Below are positions 29,095-38,404 of a DNA stretch of 64,000 nucleotides, piece after piece. The position numbers and the translations under genes are program-made. The notes under the pieces were generated by a model. It worked only from the letters and a program-made list of their open reading frames with translations, was not told the DNA's origin and ran no database searches. How positions within the stretch are numbered: the stretch's first letter is position 1; each line of letters begins with the position of its first letter. The stretch spans positions 416,001 through 480,000 of the forward strand of contig CBDDBZ010000039.1 in NCBI GenBank assembly GCA_965225945.1. The letters are read 5' to 3'. The DNA is from Alphaproteobacteria bacterium. GTDB taxonomy: Bacteria; Pseudomonadota; Alphaproteobacteria; GCA-2731375.

Positions 29095-30102
29095 ATGGCG
29101 GTTCGGGTGGGAATCAACGGTTTCGGGCGGATCGGACGCCTGGTGCTGAGGGCGATCCACGAGTCCGGACGCAAGGACATCGAGGTCGCCGCCATCAACG
29201 ATCTGGGCCCGATCGAGACCAACGCCCATCTGTTGCGCCACGACTCGGTGCACGGCGCCTTCCCCGGCAAGGTCCGGACCACGAGACGCGGGATCAATCT
29301 CGGCAAGGGCACCATTCGGGTCACCGCCGAGCGGGACCCGAGGCAGCTCCCCTGGGGCGAGCTGGGGGTCGACGTCGCGCTCGAATGCACCGGCTTCTTC
29401 GCCTCGAGGGAAAAGGCCTCGATGCATCTGGAGGCCGGCGCCAGACGGGTTCTGATTTCGGCCCCGGCCAGCGGCGCCGACCTCACCGTGGTCTACGGCG
29501 TCAACCACAAAAAGCTCCGCAAGGCCCACAAGGTGGTCTCCAACGCGTCGTGCACGACCAACTGCCTGGCGCCCGTCGCCTCGGTGCTGAACAAGGCGAT
29601 CGGCATCGAGAAGGGCTTCATGACCACGATCCACGCCTACACGGGCGATCAACCGGTGCTCGACACGCTGAATGCGGATCTGCACCGGGCTCGGGCCGCG
29701 GCCAGCTCGATGATCCCGACCTCTACGGGTGCTGCCCGCGCCGTCGCCCTGGTGCTGCCGGAGCTCGCCGGCAAGCTCGACGGCACGGCGATCCGGGTCC
29801 CGACACCTAACGTCTCGCTGATCGATTTCACCTTCGAAGCCAAGCGGAAAACCTCGGTCAAGAAGGTCAACGGGGCGATCGTCAAGGCCGCCAAGGGGCC
29901 GTTGGCGAACATCCTCGCCACCTCGGCGGAACCGCTGGTCTCCATCGACTTCAACCATAACCCCGCGAGCGCTATTTTCGATCTCTCCCAGACCCAGGTG
30001 ATCGAACGCGGCTTCGTGCGCGTGCTCGCCTGGTACGACAACGAGTGGGGCTTCTCGAACCGGATGTCGGACACCGCCGTCGCGCTCGGCAAGCTCGGCT
30101 GA
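29095..30102 (+). CDS. gap: Type I glyceraldehyde-3-phosphate dehydrogenase
   Basis: [22 protein letters not shown] and WYDNEWGFS motifs. Confidence 0.98.
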   Translation: MAVRVGINGFGRIGRLVLRAIHESGRKDIEVAAINDLGPIETNAHLLRHDSVHGAFPGKVRTTRRGINLGKGTIRVTAERDPRQLPWGELGVDVALECTGFFASREKASMHLEAGARRVLISAPASGADLTVVYGVNHKKLRKAHKVVSNASCTTNCLAPVASVLNKAIGIEKGFMTTIHAYTGDQPVLDTLNADLHRARAAASSMIPTSTGAARAVALVLPELAGKLDGTAIRVPTPNVSLIDFTFEAKRKTSVKKVNGAIVKAAKGPLANILATSAEPLVSIDFNHNPASAIFDLSQTQVIERGFVRVLAWYDNEWGFSNRMSDTAVALGKLG

Positions 30103-30107
30103 GGGCG

Positions 30108-31301
30108 ATGGCGCGGCGGACGCTGGACGATCACGCGCTCGCCGGCAAGCGGGTCCTCCTTCGCCTCGACCTGAACCTGCCGATGCGGGACGGCCGGGTG
30201 GCCGACGCCACCCGGATCGAGCGCGCGGTGCCGACGCTCCGGGCCTTGATCGAGGCCGGCGCGCGCATCGTCGTGCTGTCGCACTTCGGCCGCCCTAAGG
30301 CTAAGCGGCGGGCCGATATGACGCTGGCCCCGGTGGCGCCAGCGCTGGAGGCGGCGCTCGACGGGCACCCCGTCCGCTTCGTCGAGGATTGCATCGGCGA
30401 GGCGGCCGAGGCGGCGGCGGCCGAGCTCGGCGACGGCGAGATCCTGCTGCTGGAGAACCTTCGCTTCCACCCCGGCGAGGAGGCCAACGATCCCACCTTC
30501 ATCGACGCGCTGGCGCGGCTCGGCGAGGTCTACGTCAACGACGCCTTCTCCTGCGCCCACCGCGCGCATGCCTCGACGGAGGGACTGGCGCACCGTATGC
30601 CGTCGCTGGCCGGCCGCGCGATGCAGGCCGAGCTGGAGGCGCTGGTTCGGGCCATGGAGTCGCCGGCGAGGCCGTTGATGGCGGTCGTCGGGGGGGCCAA
30701 GGTTTCCAGCAAGCTCGCCGTCCTCGGTCATCTGATCGACAAGGTCGACGTGGCTCTGATCGGTGGTGGCATGGCCAATACCTTCCTCCACGCCCAGGGC
30801 CACGACATCGGCACCTCGTTGTGCGAGGTGGAGATGGCCGGGGAGGCGCGGGAGATCCTGGCGCGGGCCCAGGCCACGAATTGCCGCATCCTGCTGCCGC
30901 GCGACGTGGTCATCGCCACGACGCTCGCGCCCAGGCTCGACACCTCGAGAGTGATGGTGGAGCGGATGCCGAACGACATGATGATACTCGACATCGGCCC
31001 GAGGAGCGTCATGGACGGCGAGGCGGCGCTGGCGGCGGCCGGCACGGTGGTGTGGAACGGTCCCCTCGGCGCCTTCGAGACCCCGCCCTTCGACGCGGCG
31101 ACGACGCGCCTCGCCCGGGCCGCGGCTCAGGCGACCCGGGCGGGCGAGCTGGTCTCCCTCGCCGGGGGCGGCGATACGGTGGCCGCCCTCGACCACGCGG
31201 GCGTGCTGGCCGACTTCAGCTATGTCTCGACCGCCGGCGGCGCCTTCCTCGAATGGCTGGAGGGCCGGACGCTCCCCGGCGTCGTCGCCCTGGAGGACTA
31301 G
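30108..31301 (+). CDS. pgk: Phosphoglycerate kinase
   Basis: SHFGRP, LLENLRF, NDAFSCAHRAHAS, GGAKVS, WNGPLG and STAGGAFLE motifs. Confidence 0.97.
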   Translation: MARRTLDDHALAGKRVLLRLDLNLPMRDGRVADATRIERAVPTLRALIEAGARIVVLSHFGRPKAKRRADMTLAPVAPALEAALDGHPVRFVEDCIGEAAEAAAAELGDGEILLLENLRFHPGEEANDPTFIDALARLGEVYVNDAFSCAHRAHASTEGLAHRMPSLAGRAMQAELEALVRAMESPARPLMAVVGGAKVSSKLAVLGHLIDKVDVALIGGGMANTFLHAQGHDIGTSLCEVEMAGEAREILARAQATNCRILLPRDVVIATTLAPRLDTSRVMVERMPNDMMILDIGPRSVMDGEAALAAAGTVVWNGPLGAFETPPFDAATTRLARAAAQATRAGELVSLAGGGDTVAALDHAGVLADFSYVSTAGGAFLEWLEGRTLPGVVALED

Positions 31302-31763
31302 ATGATTTCCAAGGGCGAGGGGCCGCCCGTCATCCGTTTCCACGATTTGGCGCAGGCGCTGGCCGCGCTCCGGGTGGCCCGCGAAACCGGCCGGCCTTGC
31401 CTGCTGACCACGCCGCCGGGTGGCGTGGCGTACGCGGGCGCGCCCTTCTACCAGGCGGTGGCGGCCCGCGCGCGGCGCGAGGTGGCGGGCGCGCCCGTGA
31501 CCTTCGTGCTCGATTGCGGCGGCGACGCGGCGGTCGCGGGTGAGGCGCTTCGGGCGGGTTGGCGCGATCTCGTCCTCGACAGCTCGGCACCGGCGCGAGA
31601 GAATGTCGCCGCGATCGCCGAGGCGGCCGGCGCCCGCCTGCATGATCGCGCGCCAGTCGCCTTGGATCTCGACCGTTTGGCCGATCCGGAGGCCGCTTGC
31701 CGCGATATTTTGTCCCGCGAGGCTTCCGAAGCGTTGAACGACGACGGTGCTTGCGCTACCTAA
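31302..31763 (+). CDS. Truncated class II fructose-bisphosphate aldolase-like protein (about half a barrel)
   Basis: ATG directly follows the pgk stop. Colinear resemblance to the N-terminal half of class II FBA, with FVLDCG in place of HLDHG and LDSS in place of IDxS. Confidence 0.6.
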   Translation: MISKGEGPPVIRFHDLAQALAALRVARETGRPCLLTTPPGGVAYAGAPFYQAVAARARREVAGAPVTFVLDCGGDAAVAGEALRAGWRDLVLDSSAPARENVAAIAEAAGARLHDRAPVALDLDRLADPEAACRDILSREASEALNDDGACAT

Positions 31764-31795
31764 TTCAGGCAGGACACGATGGAGAGGACAGGACT

Positions 31796-32815
31796 ATGAG
31801 CGCGGGCGACCTGGCGGCGACAGCCCGGGCGATGGTGGCGCCGGGCAAGGGCATTCTGGCGGCCGACGAGAGCACGGGCACGATCCAGAAGCGGCTGGAG
31901 TCGATCAACGTCGAATCGAATGAGGCGAACCGCCGCGCTTACCGCGAGTTGCTGTTCACCACCGCCGGCGCTGGCGATCATATCAGCGGCATCATCCTGT
32001 TCGACGAGACGCTGCGCCAGTCGAGCGCCCAGGGCGTGCCGTTTCCGAAACTGCTGGCCGATCAAGGCGTGCTGGCGGGCATCAAGGTCGACACGGGGGC
32101 GAAGGACCTGCCCGGCGCGCCGGGCGAAAAGGTGACGGAAGGGCTGGACGGTCTGCGTGAGCGGTTGGCCGAATACGCCGAACTGGGCGCCCGCTTCACC
32201 AAGTGGCGGGCGGTGATCGACATCAGCCCTGGCATCCCCAGCCGCTATTGCATCGCCGCCAACGCCCACGCGCTGGCCCGCTACGCCGCCCTCAGCCAGG
32301 AGGCGGGGCTGGTGCCGATCGTCGAGCCCGAGGTGCTGATGGACGGCGATCACGACGCCGAGCGTTGCGCCGAGGCCAGCGAGGCGGCGCTGAAATGCCT
32401 CTACGAGGAGCTCTACTTGCAGCGGGTGTCGCTGGAAGGCACGGTGCTGAAGCCGAACATGGTCGTTTCCGGCAAGGGCTGTCCCGCTCGAGCCGGCGTC
32501 GCCGAGGTGGCGGCGCGTACCCTCGAGGTCTTGGCGCGCTCGGTGCCGGCGGCGGTGCCGGGGATCTGCTTCCTTTCCGGCGGGCAGAGCGAGGAGGAGG
32601 CCACCGCCCACCTGAACGCGATGAACGCGATGGGCCCGCATCCCTGGGAGCTGAGTTTCTCCTACGGCCGCGCGTTGCAGGCCTCGGCGCTCAAGACCTG
32701 GGGCGGCGAGGCGGCCAACATCGCCGCCGCGCAGGCGACCTATCTGCACCGGGCGCGGATGAACGGGCTCGCGCGCTCCGGCGACTATCAGGCGGCGCTG
32801 GAGCAGGCGGCCTGA
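31796..32815 (+). CDS. fba: Class I fructose-bisphosphate aldolase
   Basis: [45 protein letters not shown] and FSYGRALQ motifs. Confidence 0.96.
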   Translation: MSAGDLAATARAMVAPGKGILAADESTGTIQKRLESINVESNEANRRAYRELLFTTAGAGDHISGIILFDETLRQSSAQGVPFPKLLADQGVLAGIKVDTGAKDLPGAPGEKVTEGLDGLRERLAEYAELGARFTKWRAVIDISPGIPSRYCIAANAHALARYAALSQEAGLVPIVEPEVLMDGDHDAERCAEASEAALKCLYEELYLQRVSLEGTVLKPNMVVSGKGCPARAGVAEVAARTLEVLARSVPAAVPGICFLSGGQSEEEATAHLNAMNAMGPHPWELSFSYGRALQASALKTWGGEAANIAAAQATYLHRARMNGLARSGDYQAALEQAA

Positions 32816-32831
32816 GCGGCCCCTCGCCCTG

Positions 32832-33482
32832 ATGGTCGGTGCCGAGGCGGCGGCGGATCGGTGTCGGCTCTATCTGATCACACCGCCGGCGTTCGAGCCC
32901 GCGTCCTTCGCCGAGGATCTGGTGGCTGCGCTCGATGCCGGCGATGTCGCCTGCCTGCAGCTTCGCCTGAAAGACGTCGCCGACGACGCGATCCGTCGCG
33001 CGGTCGAGGTTCTGATGCCGCTGGCGCATGCCCGCGACGTCGCCTTTCTGCTCAACGACCGGCCCGACATCGCCGCCGAATTCGGCGCCGATGGCTGCCA
33101 CGTCGGCCAGGATGACATGGCCTATACGGAAGCCCGGCAACTGGTCGGCGAGGGGGCCATCGTCGGCGTCACCTGCAAGAATTCCCGCCACTTGGCGATG
33201 GCGGCGGGCGAGGCGGGGGCCGACTACGTCGCCTTCGGCGCCTTCTTCGCGACCCACACCATGGAGACCTCGGTCCGCGCCGAGCCGGACATTTTGACCT
33301 GGTGGTCGGAGTTGATGGAGATCCCGTGCGTCGCCATCGGCGGCATCACGGCCGAGAACTGCGCGGTGCTGGTGCGGGCGGGGGCGGATTTTCTCTGCGT
33401 GATCTCCGCCGTGTGGAACCACCCGGGGGGCCCGGGCGCGGGGGTCGAGGCCTTCGACCGGGCGATCGCGGCAAATAGCTGA
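32832..33482 (+). CDS. thiE: Thiamine phosphate synthase
   Basis: [31 protein letters not shown] and VAIGGIT motifs. Usual position after fba. Confidence 0.9.
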   Translation: MVGAEAAADRCRLYLITPPAFEPASFAEDLVAALDAGDVACLQLRLKDVADDAIRRAVEVLMPLAHARDVAFLLNDRPDIAAEFGADGCHVGQDDMAYTEARQLVGEGAIVGVTCKNSRHLAMAAGEAGADYVAFGAFFATHTMETSVRAEPDILTWWSELMEIPCVAIGGITAENCAVLVRAGADFLCVISAVWNHPGGPGAGVEAFDRAIAANS

Positions 33483-33534
33483 GGCGAGCGATTTCAGCCG
33501 GCGATGCCGAGGCCATTTGATGGTCGTCATCGAC

Positions 33535-33551
33535 AGCGGCAATTTGCCGCT
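33535..33551. other. 17-bp palindrome downstream of thiE (operator or terminator-like hairpin)
   Basis: AGCGGCAA-T-TTGCCGCT followed by ATTGCTTT. Confidence 0.4.
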
Positions 33552-33794
33552 ATTGCTTTGGCCGGATGTACCTCCACCGATCGCCGAAGATCGTCGACGC
33601 GCCGTCGAAAGGCTTTGGCAATGCATTGATGACTCGACAGGTAATCTGGCGGAAAGCTGAAGAGAAAGGTCTCGTTCCCACGCCGGTAGCGAGCGAGATC
33701 AGGAGTCGAACGGGCTGCTAGCTGGGAAGGCGGGACAATGAGTTGCAATACCAATGGTGTTCACCGCCGGGGTGGGAGAGCGCGATGGTTTCAG

Positions 33795-34172
33795 TCAAAA
33801 ATTGAAATACTCTAGGATAGCGACGACGACTTGCGCCAGCACCAGGGTGATGGCGGCGGCGATGGCATACATCACGGCCACGGCGGCGCCCAGATACACC
33901 ATGTTCGTCTTGGTCTTGAGCGGATGGAGCTTTCGGTCCTGTTCGCGGCGGTCGCGACTGCGCCGATTTGTGCCGGCGACCAGGGTAATGAAAAGGTGCT
34001 GGAAGCTGGCGCGTATGTCGACAGGATGCTCGCGCCATGGCCTTGTTTCGGTGATCACCCGACGCAGCCTCGCCAACTGATCTTCCGACAAAGCATCGAT
34101 GATGTCGCGTGGCAGCCGTTCCGTCACGTCCTTGGCGCGTAGCTCGTCGCGACTGGCTTCTTCCCTCGACAT
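33795..34172 (-). CDS. Small hypothetical membrane protein (125 aa) with HPVDIR motif
   Basis: MSREEASR...LSEDQL...WREHPVDIRASF...LVAGTNRRS, followed by a C-terminal hydrophobic helix. Confidence 0.65.
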   Translation of the reverse strand: MSREEASRDELRAKDVTERLPRDIIDALSEDQLARLRRVITETRPWREHPVDIRASFQHLFITLVAGTNRRSRDRREQDRKLHPLKTKTNMVYLGAAVAVMYAIAAAITLVLAQVVVAILEYFNF

Positions 34173-34277
34173 GAGCCGTCCCTGTTGCCGCACCCGTAAT
34201 CTTCTCGACCGACATTCGCCCGCCTCAAGCGCCTGTCCGAGGGTCGGCGCAAGGCCGTGATCGCGCGGGAAATCCGC

Positions 34278-34702
34278 TAGAGCGGTTCCGCCGATGACTG
34301 AATCATAATTTTCTTGTCTTGGCTTACAAACGCTGATTCGCTTCCCTTTTTGGAGGGTGAATCGTGGCGATTTCGGAAGACCTGCGTATTCGGCTGGTGA
34401 GGAAAGTGGCGTCGGGCATGTCGCGCCGTCAGGCGGCGGCGCATTTTGAGGTGAGCGCGAGTTCGGCGGTTCGCTTCGCCCGGCGCTATGAGGACGAAGG
34501 GACAATCGCGGTCAAACCACATCCGCCTCGCAAGCGCCGTCTTGACCCTTACGGCGAGGCTATCCTGCGCTGGATCGAGGAGACACCGGACCTGACGCTG
34601 CAAGAGCTGTCTCAGCGTCTGCATGAGGTCCATGAGGTGACGGCGCCGATATCGACGATTGATGACTGGCTGCGTGCCCGCAAGATCAGCTTTAAAAAAA
34701 CT
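34278..34702 (+). mobile_element. IS630-family element, left end and orfA only (truncated by IS66)
   Basis: TA followed by an IS630-like end (TAGAGCGGTTCCGCCGATGACTGAATC), an HTH transposase ORF, and an A7 frameshift run at 34694-34700. Confidence 0.8.
34364..34702 (+). pseudogene. IS630 transposase N-terminal (HTH) part
   Basis: MAISEDLRIR...GMSRRQAAAHFEVSASSAVR...PDLTLQEL...ISFKK. The DDE half is absent from the window. Confidence 0.82.
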
Positions 34703-34831
34703 GTAACTGCCCAGGTAGCTGATTTCGATGAGGCTGCGGATTGGGTCTCTGGGGGCAGATTTTGTGGGTTTGGGGCGCTGACGGCCTAGATTTCGTTTGA
34801 CAGAGGGTGGTTGATCGATTCTAAGGATTTG

Positions 34832-36326
34832 ATGGATAGGGATGTTCTTGCCTTTTTGTCGAAAGACGAGCTGATCGATGTGGTGCTGGCCCAAGGGTCG
34901 CGGCTCGCCGAGTTCGAACTCCGGCGAGCTGATCGATGTGGTGGCCCAAGGGTCGCGGCTCGCCGAGTTCGAACTCCGGCTTGGTGAACTCGAGCGCCGG
35001 CTTGGCCTGAACAGCACGAACAGCGGCAAGCCACCGTCGAGCGATGGATTGAACAAGCCACCGGCGGGTAAAAAGAAGCGCACCAGGAGCCTCCGTAAGA
35101 AATCGGCCCGCAAGCCGGGCGGGCAAAAGGGCCACAAGGGCGAGACCCTGCGCCAAGTCGCCGATCCCGACGCCACCGTCGACCATTATCCCGAGACGTG
35201 CCAGTGGTGTGGTTCGGGATTGACGCCGGATATGGCTACCGGCCATGGGGCCCGCCAGGTTTTCGATCTACCCGAGCCCCGGCCCCTGGTGGTCACGGAG
35301 CATCGGGCGCATCGCTGCCGTTGCGGGCATTGCGGCACGTACACTCGGGCTTCTTTTCCCGTCGCCATCACCGGCCCGGTTCAATACGGCGCTCGGATCG
35401 GAGCCATGGTGGTCTACCTGTCGCACTACCAACTCCTGCCCGAGGACCGCCTGGCTGAATTGATGAAGGATCTGTTCGGGGCGGAACTGTCTCCGGCGAG
35501 CCTCGCGCGGAGGGGCGGGAACAGCGCCGAGTCCGTCCAAGGCGTCGTCGATGTGATCCGCGAACTGGTGAAATCGGCGCCGGTCAAGCACATGGACGAG
35601 ACCGGCTTGCGGATCGCCGGGCGGACCCAATGGTTGCACGTCGCCTCGACCGCGCGGTTGACCTTCTATCGGGTCTCGGAGCGACGCGGCAGCCTGCTCG
35701 GCGGAGTCGGCGGCATCGTCGTCCATGACCACTGGAAGCCGTACTTTACGATGGAGGGCGTACGGCACGCGCTGTGCAACGCCCATCACCTGCGCGAGTT
35801 GCAAGCCCTGATCGAGATCGAGAAGGAGGGCTGGGCACGCAAGATGCAGAGACTATTGCGCCGCGCCTGCCACGCGGTAAATCTCGCCCGGGAGCGGGGC
35901 GTGGCGCTGAAACCAGGCCTCGTCGAGCGCTTCCGAGGGTGTTACGACGCGATCACGGCCGAGGGCATCGCCTTTCACGAGGCACAACCTCCTCTTGCGC
36001 CCAGATCGAGCAAGGCCAAGCGCCGGGGAAGCAAGCCGCGCCGCACCGGGCACAACCTTCTCCGGCGCCTTCAGACACACAAGGAAGACGCGCTGCGCTT
36101 CCTCATCAATTTCGCCGTGCCGTTCACCAACAATCAGGCCGAGCAGGACGGGCGCATGATGAAGGTCAAGCAGAAAATCTCCGGCGGCTTCCGCAGCCAG
36201 AAAGGCGCCGAAGACTTTGCCACCGTCCGCGGCTTCATCTCGACCGCCAGAAAACAGGGCTGGAACATCATCCAGGCGCTCATGGAAAATCCCGAAACCC
36301 TGATCGAGCGTCTCCACGCCGCCTAA
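34832..36326 (+). pseudogene. IS66 transposase, frameshifted near the 5' end
   Basis: NSTNSGKPPSSD, KPGGQKGHKG, CxxC zinc finger, HMDETG, HDHW, LCNAHHLREL and FTNNQAEQD motifs. The probable start MDRDVL (34832) is put out of frame by a 55-bp duplication. Confidence 0.8.
34867..34979. repeat. Near-perfect tandem duplication (58 + 55 bp) inside IS66
   Basis: CGAGCTGATCGATGTGGTG(CTG)GCCCAAGGGTCGCGGCTCGCCGAGTTCGAACTCCGG occurs twice, and the second copy lacks CTG. Confidence 0.92.
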
Positions 36327-36354
36327 AAGGCCACCATGTACCTGGGCAGTTACG

Positions 36355-36426
36355 AAAGTTTACTACTTCAGGGATGGATTCCCGGCATGGAAGGCGGCGG
36401 GATATCCTGTCGAAGTTCCAAAATAA
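36355..36426 (+). pseudogene. 3' remnant of a rhodanese-like domain gene
   Basis: KVYYFRDGFPAWKAAGYPVEVPK* begins immediately after the IS66 right TIR and matches the rhodanese C-terminal motif (VxxxxxGxxxWxxxGxP). Confidence 0.65.
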
Positions 36427-36682
36427 TCGACGACTGTTGGATGGCACCCGCCGGACGACCCGGTCGAGGCCGTGATATCAAGGACGCCGCGATCGGGTGA
36501 CGGAGGGGATGCGAGGCTTCGCCAGGCTTCCCGACGCCTCCCCGCCGGGCGGAAAATGCGCGCCGTCGCCACCCCCTTGATGCCGCGCTCCCCAAGCTCT
36601 ATTTATTCGCCCGCGCGACATATCGGGGGATATGTCGTCGCGGGAACAAAGCCATCACCGATTTAGACGGGAGCAGCGTCGC

Positions 36683-37657
36683 ATGGAGCGGATGATCGAG
36701 GTCCAGGGCTTGGCCCGGCATTTCGGCCCGCTGATCGCGGTCGACGACGTCAGTTTCACCGTCGCCCGAGGCGAGGTGCTGGGATTTCTCGGACCAAACG
36801 GCGCCGGCAAGTCGACCACGATGAAGATGATCACCGGCTTTCTGGCGCCGACGCGCGGGCGCGTCACGGTCTGCGGCCACGACGTCGCGCGGGCGCCGAT
36901 CCAGGCCAAGGCCGCCATCGGCTATCTGCCCGAAGGGGCGCCGGCCTATGGCGACATGACGCCGGCGAGCTTTCTCGCCTTCGCCGCGGCGGCCCGCGGC
37001 ATGAGCCGCCAGGCGGCGCGGGCCGGCATCCAGGCGGCGGTGGCCGAGGTCGAGTTGGACCCGGTGATGGAGCAGCCGATCGAGACGCTGTCGAAGGGCT
37101 ACAAACGCCGCGTCGGCCTGGCCCAGGCGATCCTGCACGATCCCCCAGTGCTGATCCTCGACGAGCCGACCGACGGGCTCGACCCCAACCAGAAGCATCA
37201 GGTGCGCGGCCTCATCCGCCAGATGGCGCGCGACAAGGCGATCATCATTTCGACCCACATCCTGGAGGAAGTGGGCGCGGTCTGCGGCCGGGCGATGATC
37301 ATCGCCCAGGGCCGCATCGTCGCCGACGGCACGCCAGCCGAGCTGGAGGCGATGTCGCGCTACCACAACGCCATCCAGATCCGCGTCAAGGCGGAAGGCG
37401 TCGAGGCCTCGCTCGCGGGGCTAGAGGGAGTTATGCGCGTGGTGGCGCTCGACGACGGGCTCTATCAGGTGTTCCCCCTCGCCGGCGCCAAAATCCTCGA
37501 CGCCGTCGCCGGCCATACCCGAGTGCACGGCTGGGAGGTCGAGCAGCTCGTGGTCGAGGCGGGACGCCTCGACGAGGTCTTCCGGCGGATGACCACGGGC
37601 GAGGCCGACGTGCCGGCGGACGCGGACGCCGGCACGAAGCGGGGGGAAGCGGCCTGA
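36683..37657 (+). CDS. ABC transporter ATP-binding protein (GldA-like)
   Basis: GPNGAGKST, LSKGYKRRVGLAQA, LILDEPTDGLDP and STHIL motifs. Confidence 0.92.
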   Translation: MERMIEVQGLARHFGPLIAVDDVSFTVARGEVLGFLGPNGAGKSTTMKMITGFLAPTRGRVTVCGHDVARAPIQAKAAIGYLPEGAPAYGDMTPASFLAFAAAARGMSRQAARAGIQAAVAEVELDPVMEQPIETLSKGYKRRVGLAQAILHDPPVLILDEPTDGLDPNQKHQVRGLIRQMARDKAIIISTHILEEVGAVCGRAMIIAQGRIVADGTPAELEAMSRYHNAIQIRVKAEGVEASLAGLEGVMRVVALDDGLYQVFPLAGAKILDAVAGHTRVHGWEVEQLVVEAGRLDEVFRRMTTGEADVPADADAGTKRGEAA

Positions 37658-38391
37658 TGTCGAGAACCCTGGTGGTCTTCCGGCGCGAGCTCGCGAGTTA
37701 TTTCAACACGCCGCTGGCCTATGTCTTCATCGTCATCTTTCTGTTCCTGACCGGGATCTTCACCTTCTATCTCGGCAACTTCTTCGGCCGGGGCCAGGCG
37801 GATCTGAAGCCCTTCTTCACCTTCCATCCCTGGCTCTACCTGTTCCTGGTGCCGGCGATCGCCATGCGGCTGTGGGCGGAGGAACGGAAAACCGGCTCGA
37901 TCGAGCTGTTGTTGACGCTGCCGTTGAGCCTCGCCGACGCGGTCCTGGGCAAGTTCCTGGCGGCCTGGGCTTTCATCGCCATCGCGCTCGCCTGCACCTT
38001 CCCGATGTGGTTCACCGTGACCTATCTGGGCGAACCGGATCACGGCGTCATCGTCGCCGGCTATCTCGGAAGCCTGCTGATGGCCGGCGGCTATCTGGCG
38101 ATCGGGGCCGCGGTCTCGGCGCTGACCAAGAACCAGGTCATCGCCTTCGTCGTCTCGGTGGTGATCTGCTTCCTCTTCACCGTCTCCGGCGCGCCGATGG
38201 TGCTCGACGCCTTCACCACCTGGGCGCCGCAGCGGACCGTCGACATCGTCGCCTCGCTGAGCTTCCTCAGCCATTTCGAGGCCATCACCAACGGCGTCCT
38301 GGACCTGCGCGACATCTTCTACTTCGTCTCGATGATCGGCTTCTGGCTGTTCGCCAACCTGATCATCGTGGACGCGCGCAAGGCGATGTGA
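37657..38391 (+). CDS. ABC-2 permease (GldF-like)
   Basis: RRELASYFNTPLAYVF, PAIAMRLWAEERKTGSIELLLTLP, GKFLA and GVLDLRD motifs. Six TM segments. Confidence 0.9.
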   Translation: MSRTLVVFRRELASYFNTPLAYVFIVIFLFLTGIFTFYLGNFFGRGQADLKPFFTFHPWLYLFLVPAIAMRLWAEERKTGSIELLLTLPLSLADAVLGKFLAAWAFIAIALACTFPMWFTVTYLGEPDHGVIVAGYLGSLLMAGGYLAIGAAVSALTKNQVIAFVVSVVICFLFTVSGAPMVLDAFTTWAPQRTVDIVASLSFLSHFEAITNGVLDLRDIFYFVSMIGFWLFANLIIVDARKAM

Positions 38392-38404
38392 GGAGGCGGC
38401 GGCG

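Larger units (their letters stand above)
34703..36353 (+). mobile_element. IS66-family insertion sequence (single-ORF, ISBst12-like), 1651 bp
   Basis: Perfect 15-bp terminal inverted repeats GTAACTGCCCAGGTA (34703) and TACCTGGGCAGTTAC (36339-36353). The GTAA end is typical of IS66. Confidence 0.92.

Noticed and set aside
33690-33730. GTTCGACTC (tRNA T-loop-like) on the minus strand
   Set aside because: I could not build a T-stem, acceptor stem or cloverleaf around it.
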